Below are positions 8,083 to 17,178 of a stretch of 50,552 nt of DNA, one piece after another (the first letter of the stretch is position 1; each line of letters opens with the position of its first letter). This DNA comes from Shigella phage SH6. Location of the stretch: the sequence record KX828710, one strand, 5' to 3'. The notes under the pieces are model-generated. The model made no database searches. It saw only the letters and a list, made by a program, of their open reading frames with translations, and was not told the origin of the DNA. A program made the translations under genes and the position numbers.

Positions 8083-8285
8083 TGGCTAATTTACCGAAGA
8101 AAGGCAATCAGGTTCGGTGTGTCACCTCACGCAATGGAGATGCTTTCTCAGCTGGGTGCGCGTACGACGTAGAAAAAGTCAGTAAGTCAAAGAGGCTTGT
8201 ATTCGTGTACGGCGACGATGGAAACCTGCATGAGATTGATTACCCACAGGATGTGACTAATGGTCAATTCGAAATTAATGATTGA
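8082..8285 (+). CDS. hypothetical protein (67 aa), possible member of KC..Y.V..DDxG small-domain family
   Basis: ORF track; VRCVTS..FSAGCAYDVEK..VFVYGDDGN resembles repeats in 4422..5060. Confidence 0.5.
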   Translation: MANLPKKGNQVRCVTSRNGDAFSAGCAYDVEKVSKSKRLVFVYGDDGNLHEIDYPQDVTNGQFEIND

Positions 8286-8449
8286 CCTAAATCCCTGAGC
8301 GGTGATAGTATTAATCCCGTAGACAGACGAGGCGCAGTTAGGCGCAACGCGTGAGACGATTCTCACACTTCCAGCTAACAAGCTCGGTTGCATAGTGGTT
8401 AAGCAACGCCGTAGACCCGTAAGCGGCAAAAATTCAAGAGGATTGCATA

Positions 8450-8611
8450 ATGCAAAACACTAAAGATGAATCAGTCAAAATTGAAATTAAAGTAACTCGC
8501 AACGGTGAAACAACTCGTTATAAAAAACGATTAAATCCTGGCGAGGCTGTTATTGGTCGCATTGCTGGCGTTATGATTAAGGCGCAGGAAGATGAAGCGA
8601 TTCAAAGTTAA
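8450..8611 (+). CDS. possible small protein (53 aa)
   Basis: Own translation MQNTKDESVKIEIKVTRNGETTRYKKRLNPGEAVIGRIAGVMIKAQEDEAIQS; AAGAGGATT RBS; below track cutoff. Confidence 0.35.
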   Translation: MQNTKDESVKIEIKVTRNGETTRYKKRLNPGEAVIGRIAGVMIKAQEDEAIQS

Positions 8612-8777
8612 ATTAATTATTCGAAAGATGGGTATGTTTTGCCAGTCGTGCAAACAATCTTTCGAAACCGAGTTATCGGCAACCAGTCAGACAGAAGCCA
8701 TCACGAAAGCGAAGAAACTTTCCGGCGCCAATCTTGACACACACAAAATAAACATTGAATTAATCAAGGAGATTTAA
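8592..8777 (+). CDS. hypothetical protein (61 aa; start uncertain)
   Basis: ORF track; overlaps end of 8450..8611 in another frame. Confidence 0.4.
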   Translation: MKRFKVKLIIRKMGMFCQSCKQSFETELSATSQTEAITKAKKLSGANLDTHKINIELIKEI

Positions 8778-8778
8778 C

Positions 8779-9006
8779 ATGACTATTTTTTTATTGATTC
8801 TTGCTGGTATCGTTATTTTTGGTGCTGGCTTGTTTGCTGGCTTCGTACTTATTGCGGCAATGATGGCGATGGAAGCGAAAGATAAAACTGGCGTATGGCT
8901 GACATACTCACCTAAGAAGGACCAATGGGAAATGATTGGCGACCTTGCGCACTGTTACTCTAAAGCACGATTGCACCACAAAGGCATTAAACGACGATTA
9001 TCGTGA
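8779..9006 (+). CDS. small membrane protein (75 aa)
   Basis: N-terminal hydrophobic stretch IFLLILAGIVIFGAGLFAGFVLIAAMMAM; followed by terminator. Confidence 0.5.
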   Translation: MTIFLLILAGIVIFGAGLFAGFVLIAAMMAMEAKDKTGVWLTYSPKKDQWEMIGDLAHCYSKARLHHKGIKRRLS

Positions 9007-9016
9007 TAAACACTAA

Positions 9017-9037
9017 CCCGCTTCGGCGGGTTTTTTT
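9017..9037 (+). terminator. rho-independent terminator ending early region
   Basis: CCCGCTTCGGCGGG hairpin + TTTTTTT. Confidence 0.7.
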
Positions 9038-9039
9038 AT

Positions 9040-9076
9040 GCCTGCAATATGGTAAAATAGCACTAAATGTTAAACG
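9040..9076 (+). promoter_or_regulatory. variant cassette / putative promoter of packaging operon
   Basis: TGgTAAAAT extended -10-like element followed by TAGCACTAAATGTTAAAC and terS RBS; just after terminator. Confidence 0.4.
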
Positions 9077-9090
9077 AAGAGGATGGATTT

Positions 9091-9615
9091 ATGAGTGAAC
9101 CTAAGAACGCTCCCGTAGTACAGGGAGGTAATTTCAAAGAGCTATACAAGAAAAAGTTTGGCACTGTACTCGCAAAAAACCGGGCGATGACGCCAGAGCA
9201 ACTATTCGATCTGTCAGTTAAGTATTTCGAATGGGCCGAGGACAACGCAATCAAGGCGTCAGAATCAGCCAGCTTTCAAGGTGGCGTTTATGAATCGCTT
9301 GTTCATAAGCCGCGCGTCTTCACCTGGACCGGATACCGACTGTTCATCGGTGCAAGCGAGGCCGCAATCATTAAGTGGAAGCGAGAGGAAGAATACAGTG
9401 AGGTTATGGAGTTTGTGGAATCGGTAATCAACGAGCAAAAATTCCAGCTTGCCGCCAACGGTGTTATTAATGCCTCCTTTATCGGTAAGGATCTCGGAAT
9501 CGATAAGCCAGCCTCAATCAATATCGAAAACTCGTCAGCTTCCGCATCGACAGTAGTCGCCACTACTGAGGATGCAATGAAGGACGCAGTAAATAGCATT
9601 CTTGACATGCTTTAA
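9091..9615 (+). CDS. terS: terminase small subunit (putative)
   Basis: Immediately upstream of large terminase; ~175 aa; ATG at residue 9 of track ORF with GAGGATGG RBS. Confidence 0.6.
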   Translation: MSEPKNAPVVQGGNFKELYKKKFGTVLAKNRAMTPEQLFDLSVKYFEWAEDNAIKASESASFQGGVYESLVHKPRVFTWTGYRLFIGASEAAIIKWKREEEYSEVMEFVESVINEQKFQLAANGVINASFIGKDLGIDKPASINIENSSASASTVVATTEDAMKDAVNSILDML

Positions 9616-9654
9616 CGTTACGGGCGCGCGAGCGCCCACATGGGAGACTTAATC

Positions 9655-11223
9655 ATGATTCAATGGGAAGACCTTAACGCAACGCAGAAGTTAGCGATCA
9701 AGAAAATGAGCGAGGCCAATTTCGAAAAAATGATTCGGATCTGGTTCCAGCTTATGCAGGCGCAGCAGTTCCAGCCTAACTGGCATCACCTTTACCTATG
9801 TCACGAAGTGGAGGAAATAATTGCAGGCCGACGCGGTAACACTATCTTTAACGTCACGCCAGGTTCCGGTAAAACTGAAGTGTTCTCAATTCACCTTCCG
9901 GTGTACGCAATGCTTAAGTGTAAAAAGGTGCGAAACCTTAACGTGTCGTTTGCCGACAGCTTGGTTAAGCGTAACAGTAAGCGTGTCCGTGAGATTATCA
10001 GCAGCAACGAATTTCAAGAGTTATGGCCTTGCAAGTTCGGTACATCGAAAGACGAGGAGATGCAGGTTCTTAACGAAGACGGAAAGGTTTGGTTTGAGTT
10101 GATATCAGCTGCGGCTGGAGGTCGTATTACAGGTTCTCGTGGTGGCTACATGATGCCGGGATTCTCCGGGATGGTAATGCTCGACGATATCGACAAGCCT
10201 GATGATATGTTCTCAAAGGTTAAGCGTGAGCGTACGCACATGCTATTGAAAAACACCATCCGTTCCCGTCGTATGCATAACGAGACTCCTATTATTGCAA
10301 TTCAGCAACGACTACATGCTCAGGATTCAACCTGGTTCATGATGAATGGCGGGATGGGTATTGAGTTTGACCAAATCTCAATACCGGCGCTGGTGACGGA
10401 AGAATACGGAAAGACACTTCCTGATTGGTTGCAGCCTTACTTTGAGCGTGATGTTTTATCGTCTGAGTATGTAGAATTGGATGGCGTTAAGCATTACTCT
10501 TTTTGGCCCAGCAAGGAAAGCGTTCACGACCTGTTAGCTCTTCGAGAAGCGGACCAGTATACCTTTGACTCTCAGTATCAGCAGAAGCCGATCGCGCTTG
10601 GTGGCTCCGTGTTCAATTCGGAGTGGTGGACTTATTACGGCAGCAGCCTTGACGCTGATGAGCCGGATCCGGGTAAATATGATTACCGTTTTATCACCGC
10701 TGATACCGCTCAGAAGACAGGTGAGCTAAACGACTACACAGTCTTTTGTTTATGGGGTAAGAAAAACGATAAGGTTTACTTTATCGACGGTATTCGCGGA
10801 AAGTGGGAAGCGCCGGATATGGAGAAGCAATTTACCGCTTTCGTCAACCAGGCATGGAGGCACAATAAATCAATGGGGGTGCTTCGTAAAATATATGTGG
10901 AAGATAAGGCGAGTGGTACGGGCTTAATCCAGAATCTAAGGAAAAAGACTCCGATATCCATCACTCCATTGCAGCGTAACAAAGACAAAGTTACCCGAGC
11001 TATGGATGCCCAGCCAGTTATTAAAGCCGGGCGCGTGGTTCTGCCAGAAGAGCACCCCATGCTTGCGGAAATTATCGCGGAACATAGCGCGTTCACTTAC
11101 GATGACACGCATCCGCACGACGATATTGTCGATAACTTCATGGACGCTGCAAACATTGAACTACTGACAATTGACGATCCTATCGAGAGAATGAAGCGAC
11201 TCGCCGGGATGGTTAAGCGGTAA
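9655..11223 (+). CDS. terL: terminase large subunit
   Basis: ~520 aa, Walker A TPGSGKTEV, directly upstream of portal. Confidence 0.8.
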   Translation: MIQWEDLNATQKLAIKKMSEANFEKMIRIWFQLMQAQQFQPNWHHLYLCHEVEEIIAGRRGNTIFNVTPGSGKTEVFSIHLPVYAMLKCKKVRNLNVSFADSLVKRNSKRVREIISSNEFQELWPCKFGTSKDEEMQVLNEDGKVWFELISAAAGGRITGSRGGYMMPGFSGMVMLDDIDKPDDMFSKVKRERTHMLLKNTIRSRRMHNETPIIAIQQRLHAQDSTWFMMNGGMGIEFDQISIPALVTEEYGKTLPDWLQPYFERDVLSSEYVELDGVKHYSFWPSKESVHDLLALREADQYTFDSQYQQKPIALGGSVFNSEWWTYYGSSLDADEPDPGKYDYRFITADTAQKTGELNDYTVFCLWGKKNDKVYFIDGIRGKWEAPDMEKQFTAFVNQAWRHNKSMGVLRKIYVEDKASGTGLIQNLRKKTPISITPLQRNKDKVTRAMDAQPVIKAGRVVLPEEHPMLAEIIAEHSAFTYDDTHPHDDIVDNFMDAANIELLTIDDPIERMKRLAGMVKR

Positions 11224-11277
11224 TAAATGAGATATAATCAGGGCTGTCAATTGACGGCCCTTTTTATTGGAGGAAAC

Positions 11278-12561
11278 ATGAAAATTGTTAAGCATGATGG
11301 ATATAACGATATTTTTAACGGCGGTGCAGACGGATCGCCTAAGCCATTCTTTATGTCTGATGCATCATATCACGTCGGTTCTTTCTACAACGACAACGCA
11401 ACCGCGAAGCGAATTGTGGATGTTATACCGGAAGAGATGGTGACGGCTGGTTTTAAAATGTCAGGCGTTAAGGATGAAAAAGAGTTCAAGTCTTTATGGG
11501 ATAGCTACAAACTTGATTCAAGTCTGGTGGATCTTCTTTGTTGGGCGCGACTTTACGGTGGCGCGGCGATGGTGGCAATCATCAAAGACAACCGGATGTT
11601 AACCAGTCAGGCAAAGCCTGGAGCCAAACTTGAAGGCGTCCGAGTTTACGATCGATTTGCTATCACTGTTGAAAAGCGAGTCACCAATGCAAGATCCCCT
11701 CGCTATGGTGAGCCTGAAATTTACAAGGTATCCCCTGGCGACAATATGCAGCCGTATCTGATTCATCACTCAAGAGTCTTTATTGCTGATGGTGAACGAG
11801 TAACGCAACAGGCAAGAAAGCAGAATCAAGGATGGGGAGCTTCGGTATTGAACAAGTCACTGATTGATGCAATCTGTGACTATGATTACTGTGAATCTCT
11901 TGCTACTCAGATCTTGCGACGTAAGCAACAGGCTGTATGGAAGGTCAAAGGTCTTGCTGAAATGTGTGATGATGATGATGCTCAGTATGCCGCGCGACTG
12001 CGACTTGCTCAGGTTGATGATAACTCCGGCGTAGGCCGTGCGATCGGTATCGATGCTGAGACTGAGGAATATGATGTTCTCAACTCTGATATCAGCGGAG
12101 TTCCTGAGTTCTTATCAAGCAAGATGGACCGCATCGTCTCCCTATCCGGGATTCATGAGATTATCATCAAGAATAAGAACGTAGGCGGCGTATCAGCGAG
12201 CCAAAACACAGCGCTTGAGACTTTCTATAAGCTAGTCGATCGCAAGCGCGAGGAAGATTACAGGCCGCTTCTTGAGTTCTTGTTGCCGTTCATTGTTGAT
12301 GAGGAAGAGTGGTCGATCGAGTTTGAGCCTTTGTCTGTTCCGAGTAAGAAAGAGGAATCAGAGATCACGAAGAATAACGTTGAGTCAGTCACGAAGGCTA
12401 TCACTGAGCAAATCATCGATCTGGAAGAAGCTCGCGACACGTTGCGATCCATTGCCCCTGAGTTCAAACTCAAGGATGGTAATAACATCAACATTCGCGA
12501 ACAGGAAGAAACAACCGAACCGGAGCCGGGATTAGGGGAGAAGTTAGAAGATGAAAATTAA
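11278..12561 (+). CDS. portal protein
   Basis: ~430 aa after terL; acidic C-terminus; GGAGGAAAC RBS before internal ATG. Confidence 0.75.
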   Translation: MKIVKHDGYNDIFNGGADGSPKPFFMSDASYHVGSFYNDNATAKRIVDVIPEEMVTAGFKMSGVKDEKEFKSLWDSYKLDSSLVDLLCWARLYGGAAMVAIIKDNRMLTSQAKPGAKLEGVRVYDRFAITVEKRVTNARSPRYGEPEIYKVSPGDNMQPYLIHHSRVFIADGERVTQQARKQNQGWGASVLNKSLIDAICDYDYCESLATQILRRKQQAVWKVKGLAEMCDDDDAQYAARLRLAQVDDNSGVGRAIGIDAETEEYDVLNSDISGVPEFLSSKMDRIVSLSGIHEIIIKNKNVGGVSASQNTALETFYKLVDRKREEDYRPLLEFLLPFIVDEEEWSIEFEPLSVPSKKEESEITKNNVESVTKAITEQIIDLEEARDTLRSIAPEFKLKDGNNINIREQEETTEPEPGLGEKLEDEN

Positions 12562-13312
12562 TGGCGTTGCAACACAGTGGCGCTATCCTGAAATGAGCGA
12601 GCGCGCAATGTCGCGCTCCCTACAGGATGTTGCAGCCAAACTAACTGAAAAAATGCGTGACGAATTAAAGCCGATGAAATTTGACGCTACCGACGAAGAG
12701 ATAGATCAGACAGAAAGGTCGTTGCTTGATTACGTCGAATCACTCATCGCTCCGATTATTGGTTCTCTATCATCCGTTGCGCTCACGATCTATAAATTCA
12801 ACTCTAAGCAGTGGCTGCGTATCGCTCGCAATGCTGGAGGTAAGAAGAATCAAGCTGTTATGCTACTTGCCCTGATTGGTCCTACCGCTGCCGAAAGCTG
12901 GTACTCGGGTCAATACAATCTGTGGCGATCGCAGGTGACTACTTCTATCAGGAAATTTGCCGCCAACATGGTTACTGATTTCACTGATAAACTTCGTGCG
13001 GCATCCGGTCAGGGTAAAAGCAAGGATTTTGTTGTTGAACTGGCTAAGGAGCGGTTTGGTATTTACCGAAGCTGGGCCAAAAACAGGGCGTCTGGAATTG
13101 TCGGAACATGGAACAGTAGACTGATGCGGCAGCGCATAAAAGACGCTGGTGTATCTTACTATTTCTGGCGCGGGGTGATGGATTTACGCGAACGTGAAAA
13201 ACATGTAAGATGGGAAGGTAAGCGCATAGCGGTAGATTCCGATCACGTATTCCCGGGTGAAGAATACAACTGCCGCTGTTGGGCTGTTCCAGACTTTTCT
13301 ACAGGAGATTAA
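12551..13312 (+). CDS. head morphogenesis protein (Mu F / SPP1 gp7-like)
   Basis: Position after portal; C-terminal PGEEYNCRCW motif. Confidence 0.65.
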   Translation: MKINGVATQWRYPEMSERAMSRSLQDVAAKLTEKMRDELKPMKFDATDEEIDQTERSLLDYVESLIAPIIGSLSSVALTIYKFNSKQWLRIARNAGGKKNQAVMLLALIGPTAAESWYSGQYNLWRSQVTTSIRKFAANMVTDFTDKLRAASGQGKSKDFVVELAKERFGIYRSWAKNRASGIVGTWNSRLMRQRIKDAGVSYYFWRGVMDLREREKHVRWEGKRIAVDSDHVFPGEEYNCRCWAVPDFSTGD

Positions 13313-13314
13313 AA

Positions 13315-14427
13315 ATGAAGGCAAAGCAAAGATTCGATTCAGTAAAAATCAAGGCGCACTTTGATGATAACGGTTTTTTAGTTGACCGCCCAATCGTGGC
13401 GCGAATCGGCGCTCAGGTTTACAAAACGCCGCACGGCGATCGAGTTGAGTTCCGTCCGGCGTCCGAAGTTTTCAAGCAAGATTCCTTGCAAAGTTTTGCA
13501 GGCAAGCCGATCACAGTCGGTCACGTAACGGTGACACCCCAAAATGCTAAGGACGTTGTTGTCGGATCGTGTGCTGGCGCTGGTATTGCTTCAGGGGTTG
13601 GCGTTGAAGTTCCTTTGAGTATTTACAGCGACTACGCGATCAGCAAAGCTAAAGCGAAGGAGGCCGGGGAATTATCTGTAGGGTATACGTCGGTAGATAT
13701 TGATAAGCCCGGCTGGGGTTCAAATGAGACTGGAGAATATATCTTCGAAGAGGATATGAAACAGGACGAAGCGCCGCCTGAAGGTTGGGTGAAATTCGAC
13801 GCGGTACAGACTAATATCAAGGTCAACCATATCGCCCTAGTTTTTAAAGGTCGTGCGGGAATTGCTAAATTAAATCTTGATGCCGAACAGGAGTTCCCGT
13901 ATGATAATAACGTTCAATTAACTAACGAGGACAAGCAAATGAAAAAAATTAAGATCGACTCAGTTGATGTGGAAGTAACCGAAGAAGTTGCAAACCATAT
14001 CGAAAAATTAACCGCGCAGATTGCCACCATTCAGGGTAAAGCTGATGGCTTTGAAGCTGAGCGCGATGCGCTTAAGGTTAAGATTGACTCTCTGCCGGAA
14101 CTTGTGAAGGCCGAGGTAGAGAAGCAAAAAGCCGATGCCGCCGCACGCGCAGAAGTTACCGCAGTAGCAGAAACCGCAGGCGTCAAACATGATGGTCTTG
14201 ATATCAAAGACGTCAAGATTGCCGTAGTTAAAGCCATGCTTGATAAAGATGTTAGTGAAAAATCAGACGCATATATCGACGCTATGTTTGATGTTGCTAA
14301 AGATTCTGATATCATGGCTATTCAGCGTAAAGCAGTAAAAGGCGACTCTATCGAAGGCGGTAAGCCGGAAGAGAAAAACGACGCCGCGCCTGTTACGCCA
14401 AATTCACGTTTAAGCAAAGTAATGTAA
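13315..14427 (+). CDS. putative prohead scaffolding protein (possibly fused protease)
   Basis: Position; Ala/Lys/Glu-rich predicted coiled-coil C-terminal half; ATG at 13315 with AGGAG RBS. Confidence 0.5.
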   Translation: MKAKQRFDSVKIKAHFDDNGFLVDRPIVARIGAQVYKTPHGDRVEFRPASEVFKQDSLQSFAGKPITVGHVTVTPQNAKDVVVGSCAGAGIASGVGVEVPLSIYSDYAISKAKAKEAGELSVGYTSVDIDKPGWGSNETGEYIFEEDMKQDEAPPEGWVKFDAVQTNIKVNHIALVFKGRAGIAKLNLDAEQEFPYDNNVQLTNEDKQMKKIKIDSVDVEVTEEVANHIEKLTAQIATIQGKADGFEAERDALKVKIDSLPELVKAEVEKQKADAAARAEVTAVAETAGVKHDGLDIKDVKIAVVKAMLDKDVSEKSDAYIDAMFDVAKDSDIMAIQRKAVKGDSIEGGKPEEKNDAAPVTPNSRLSKVM

Positions 14428-14438
14428 GGGGAAATATC

Positions 14439-14915
14439 ATGGCACAAATTAATGCATCTTATCAGCGAGATATGGCGATTGCGCTTCCGGGTATGGTTGC
14501 GGACACTTCAAAGTACAATATTGACGGCGCTTGTGTCGTTAATGAAGGTGATGTTCTTGTTGGCGCTGCCGTACAAGTTGTTCAAGCTCAGGCGGTTGAT
14601 GGTCATAAGTTGGTTAAGGCTCTTACTACCGGAACCACTCCTTACGGCGTGGCAATCCGATCTCACTGGCAGACTGTTAACGCTCAAAATCAGATGGTTT
14701 ACGAAGATGGCGGCGCTATCAACGTGATGACTTCAGGCCGAGTATGGATGCTTTCCAAATCCACCGATGCACCAACTTTCGGCTCTGCCGTTAAACTTGA
14801 TGTTGATGGTCAAGAGAAATCTGATGGCACAATCGAAACAACCTGGACCTACGCTGGTGGCTGGACTAAATACAAAGATATTCAGCTTGTTGAGGTTCAG
14901 TTGCATCAACTGTAA
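14439..14915 (+). CDS. putative head structural/decoration protein
   Basis: Paralogue of next gene (shared N-terminus ..DTSxYNIDGACV..G.AVQVV..); between scaffold and capsid genes. Confidence 0.5.
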   Translation: MAQINASYQRDMAIALPGMVADTSKYNIDGACVVNEGDVLVGAAVQVVQAQAVDGHKLVKALTTGTTPYGVAIRSHWQTVNAQNQMVYEDGGAINVMTSGRVWMLSKSTDAPTFGSAVKLDVDGQEKSDGTIETTWTYAGGWTKYKDIQLVEVQLHQL

Positions 14916-14931
14916 TTAGCGTTTAATATGG

Positions 14932-14964
14932 GGACTATCCTTTTTTTGGATAGTCCTTTTTTTA
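14932..14964 (+). terminator. rho-independent terminator
   Basis: GGACTATCC/GGATAGTCC hairpin + TTTTTTT. Confidence 0.6.
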
Positions 14965-14977
14965 TGGAGAAATCATT

Positions 14978-15745
14978 ATGGCTTACGAAAATTTGTTCTT
15001 GCGCCCCGCGTGTCCGGGAAATCTTTCTGATACTTCAACCTACAATATTGATGGCGCTTGTGTGGCTCAAGGTGACATTGATTTCGGCGCGGCGGTTCAG
15101 GTTGTCGGCATCGTTGATGGTGTAAAAGTCGTCAAAGTACTTTCAGATGGCGGGACTCCTTACGGTATCGCTTTCCGTTCTCAATATGAACACCTGAGCG
15201 GTAAAATTCTCGACGGCGAAGTTTGCAACGTCGTTTCTCACGGTCGCATGTGGGCGCTTACTTCTCTTGATGAGGCTCCCGGCTTGTTCTCAAAGTTGCA
15301 GTTTGGATCTGGTGGAGTTGTTACTGGTGGGTCTGGTTCCGCAGGATGGACCTTTGCTGGCGGCTTTGTTAAGCATGAAGATGGCTACATTATTGAGGTT
15401 CAGGTGAAACAAAATGCTTTCATCGTTCCACCGCCGCCGCCCCCTGTCGTTCTTGTTGAATCCGCTACAATCACCACTGACAAGGAAAGTCCTCAGCCAA
15501 ACAATGTTACGATCCAGTGTGTAGCTAATGTTATTCCAGCTAATGCAACTGATAAGACTGGCAAGTGGTCAATCGACGCTACCAATATCGCCACTGTCGA
15601 TCCTGACTCAGGTCTTGTAACTCCTGCTGGTGGAGAATCGGTCGGTGATTTCAATATCACCTGGACGGCTAATGATGCCAGCAAGACGACGGCAACCATT
15701 GCTTATCGCGTAGAAGCAGTGCCAACGCCAGAGGTTGATGTATAA
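14978..15745 (+). CDS. putative head structural/decoration protein with C-terminal Ig-like domain
   Basis: Paralogue of 14439..14915 plus PPPPPP linker and Big_2-like C-terminal domain. Confidence 0.5.
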   Translation: MAYENLFLRPACPGNLSDTSTYNIDGACVAQGDIDFGAAVQVVGIVDGVKVVKVLSDGGTPYGIAFRSQYEHLSGKILDGEVCNVVSHGRMWALTSLDEAPGLFSKLQFGSGGVVTGGSGSAGWTFAGGFVKHEDGYIIEVQVKQNAFIVPPPPPPVVLVESATITTDKESPQPNNVTIQCVANVIPANATDKTGKWSIDATNIATVDPDSGLVTPAGGESVGDFNITWTANDASKTTATIAYRVEAVPTPEVDV

Positions 15746-15757
15746 CATAAAAACACT

Positions 15758-15785
15758 TTGACGCTTTAACAAAAAGTGCTATTAT
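15758..15785 (+). promoter_or_regulatory. candidate sigma70 promoter upstream of major capsid gene (overlaps reverse-oriented cassette half-motif)
   Basis: TTGACG-N16-TATTAT; spacer contains TTAACAAAAAGTGCTAT, the reverse complement of the cassette motif. Confidence 0.4.
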
Positions 15786-15788
15786 TGA

Positions 15789-15817
15789 AGCCGTGAACAT
15801 AATCACGGCTTTTTTTA
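15789..15817 (+). terminator. hairpin + T-run upstream of major capsid gene (terminator or attenuator)
   Basis: GCCGTGA..TCACGGC hairpin + TTTTTTT. Confidence 0.5.
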
Positions 15818-15837
15818 TTAACTACGGAGAAGTAATC

Positions 15838-16797
15838 ATGACTACTAAAAAATTTGATGAAGCAGATAAAAGCAATGTTGAAATGTATCTGATCCAGGCT
15901 GGCGTAAAACAGGATGCAGCCGCAACGATGGGTATCTGGACCGCTCAGGAACTACACCGCATCAAAAGCCAGTCCTATGAAGAAGATTACCCAGTCGGGT
16001 CCGCTCTACGCGTATTCCCTGTTACAACCGATCTTTCTCCGACTGATAAGACGTTTGAATACATGACCTTTGACAAGGTTGGTACGGCTCAGATTATCGC
16101 AGACTACACCGACGATCTTCCGCTGGTTGACGCCCTGGGTACTTCTGAGTTTGGCAAGGTGTTCCGTCTTGGTAACGCGTATCTGATCTCAATCGACGAA
16201 ATCAAAGCAGGTCAGGCAACTGGTCGCCCACTGTCAACCCGTAAGGCAAGTGCGTGCCAGTTGGCGCATGATCAGCTTGTTAACCGCCTGGTGTTCAAAG
16301 GTTCCGCGCCGCACAAGATTGTATCCGTGTTCAATCATCCGAACATCACCAAAATTACCTCCGGTAAGTGGATGGATGGCGCAACTCAGAAACCGGAAAC
16401 GGCTGAAGCGGAATTGACTCAGGCAATCGAAACCATCGAGACGATTACTCGCGGCCAGCACCGAGCTACCAACATTCTGATCCCGCCGTCCATGCGTAAG
16501 GTGCTGGCGATTCGTATGCCTGAGACTACCATGTCTTATCTGGACTATTTCAAGTCTCAGAACTCCGGTATCGAAATCGACTCTATCGCAGAACTTGAAG
16601 ATATCGACGGCGCTGGAACTAAAGGTGTGCTGGTGTACGAAAAGAATCCGATGAACATGTCCATCGAGATCCCGGAAGCATTCAACATGCTGCCAGCGCA
16701 GCCGAAAGACTTGCACTTCAAAGTGCCTTGCACTTCCAAGTGCACTGGACTTACAATTTATCGCCCGATGACTATTGTCTTAATCACTGGCGTGTAA
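15838..16797 (+). CDS. major capsid protein
   Basis: ~320 aa, position in head module, strong ACGGAGAAG RBS; own terminator downstream. Confidence 0.7.
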   Translation: MTTKKFDEADKSNVEMYLIQAGVKQDAAATMGIWTAQELHRIKSQSYEEDYPVGSALRVFPVTTDLSPTDKTFEYMTFDKVGTAQIIADYTDDLPLVDALGTSEFGKVFRLGNAYLISIDEIKAGQATGRPLSTRKASACQLAHDQLVNRLVFKGSAPHKIVSVFNHPNITKITSGKWMDGATQKPETAEAELTQAIETIETITRGQHRATNILIPPSMRKVLAIRMPETTMSYLDYFKSQNSGIEIDSIAELEDIDGAGTKGVLVYEKNPMNMSIEIPEAFNMLPAQPKDLHFKVPCTSKCTGLTIYRPMTIVLITGV

Positions 16798-16804
16798 TAT
16801 TATA

Positions 16805-16832
16805 GGGGCTAACTTAGTTAGTCCCTTTTTTA
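16805..16832 (+). terminator. rho-independent terminator after major capsid gene
   Basis: GGGGCTAAC..GTTAGTCCC hairpin + TTTTTT. Confidence 0.6.
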
Positions 16833-16846
16833 TTGGAGAAATCAAA

Positions 16847-17134
16847 ATGGCTAAAGAAAAAACTGTTGTTATCGTAAACGTTGGTGTAGCTCTTCAGATG
16901 TTCCGTCTTGAAGATGGTTCCTTTGCTAAAGTTCTTCCAGATGAAGAGGTCACTCTTCCGGCGTCCGCTCTTGATTTACCTGGACTGCGTTGCTTAATTG
17001 CTCGCGAAGAAATCGAAGTTAAAGACGACAGTGCAACCAACCGCAAAATCCGAGATGAAATGGCTAAAATTAAAAAGCCCGATCCGTGGGATAAAATGAG
17101 CGTAAAAGAGCTTGAGGACGGCGGCGAATATTAA
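16847..17134 (+). CDS. hypothetical structural-module protein (95 aa)
   Basis: ORF track; flanked by terminators. Confidence 0.5.
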   Translation: MAKEKTVVIVNVGVALQMFRLEDGSFAKVLPDEEVTLPASALDLPGLRCLIAREEIEVKDDSATNRKIRDEMAKIKKPDPWDKMSVKELEDGGEY

Positions 17135-17139
17135 TCATC

Positions 17140-17166
17140 AAGGCGCTCATGTAGCGCCTTTTTTTA
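17140..17166 (+). terminator. rho-independent terminator
   Basis: AAGGCGCT..AGCGCCTT hairpin + TTTTTTT. Confidence 0.65.
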
Positions 17167-17178
17167 TGGGGGTAAATT

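Noticed and set aside
8187-8429. 80-aa minus-strand ORF spanning the ORF-free region
   Set aside because: Overlaps the end of 8082..8285, has no RBS or cassette, and the surrounding block is entirely plus-strand transcribed.
821-9076. Could the regularly recurring cassettes be a CRISPR array or a MITE cluster?
   Set aside because: Spacing is irregular (200-700 bp) and set by gene length; each unit is followed by an RBS and ORF; orientation tracks transcription direction; no cas genes and no target-site duplications.
9821-10102. 93-aa alternative-frame ORF inside the large terminase gene
   Set aside because: Internal to a high-confidence gene, Cys/Arg-rich low-complexity translation, no start context.
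16234-16716. 160-aa minus-strand ORF antisense to the major capsid gene, and similar antisense ORFs (20473..20853, 37361..38044, 38056..38445, 33757..34149)
   Set aside because: They lie wholly inside well-supported genes on the opposite strand, lack RBS or cassette signals and have low-complexity Arg/Ser-rich translations typical of antisense frames.
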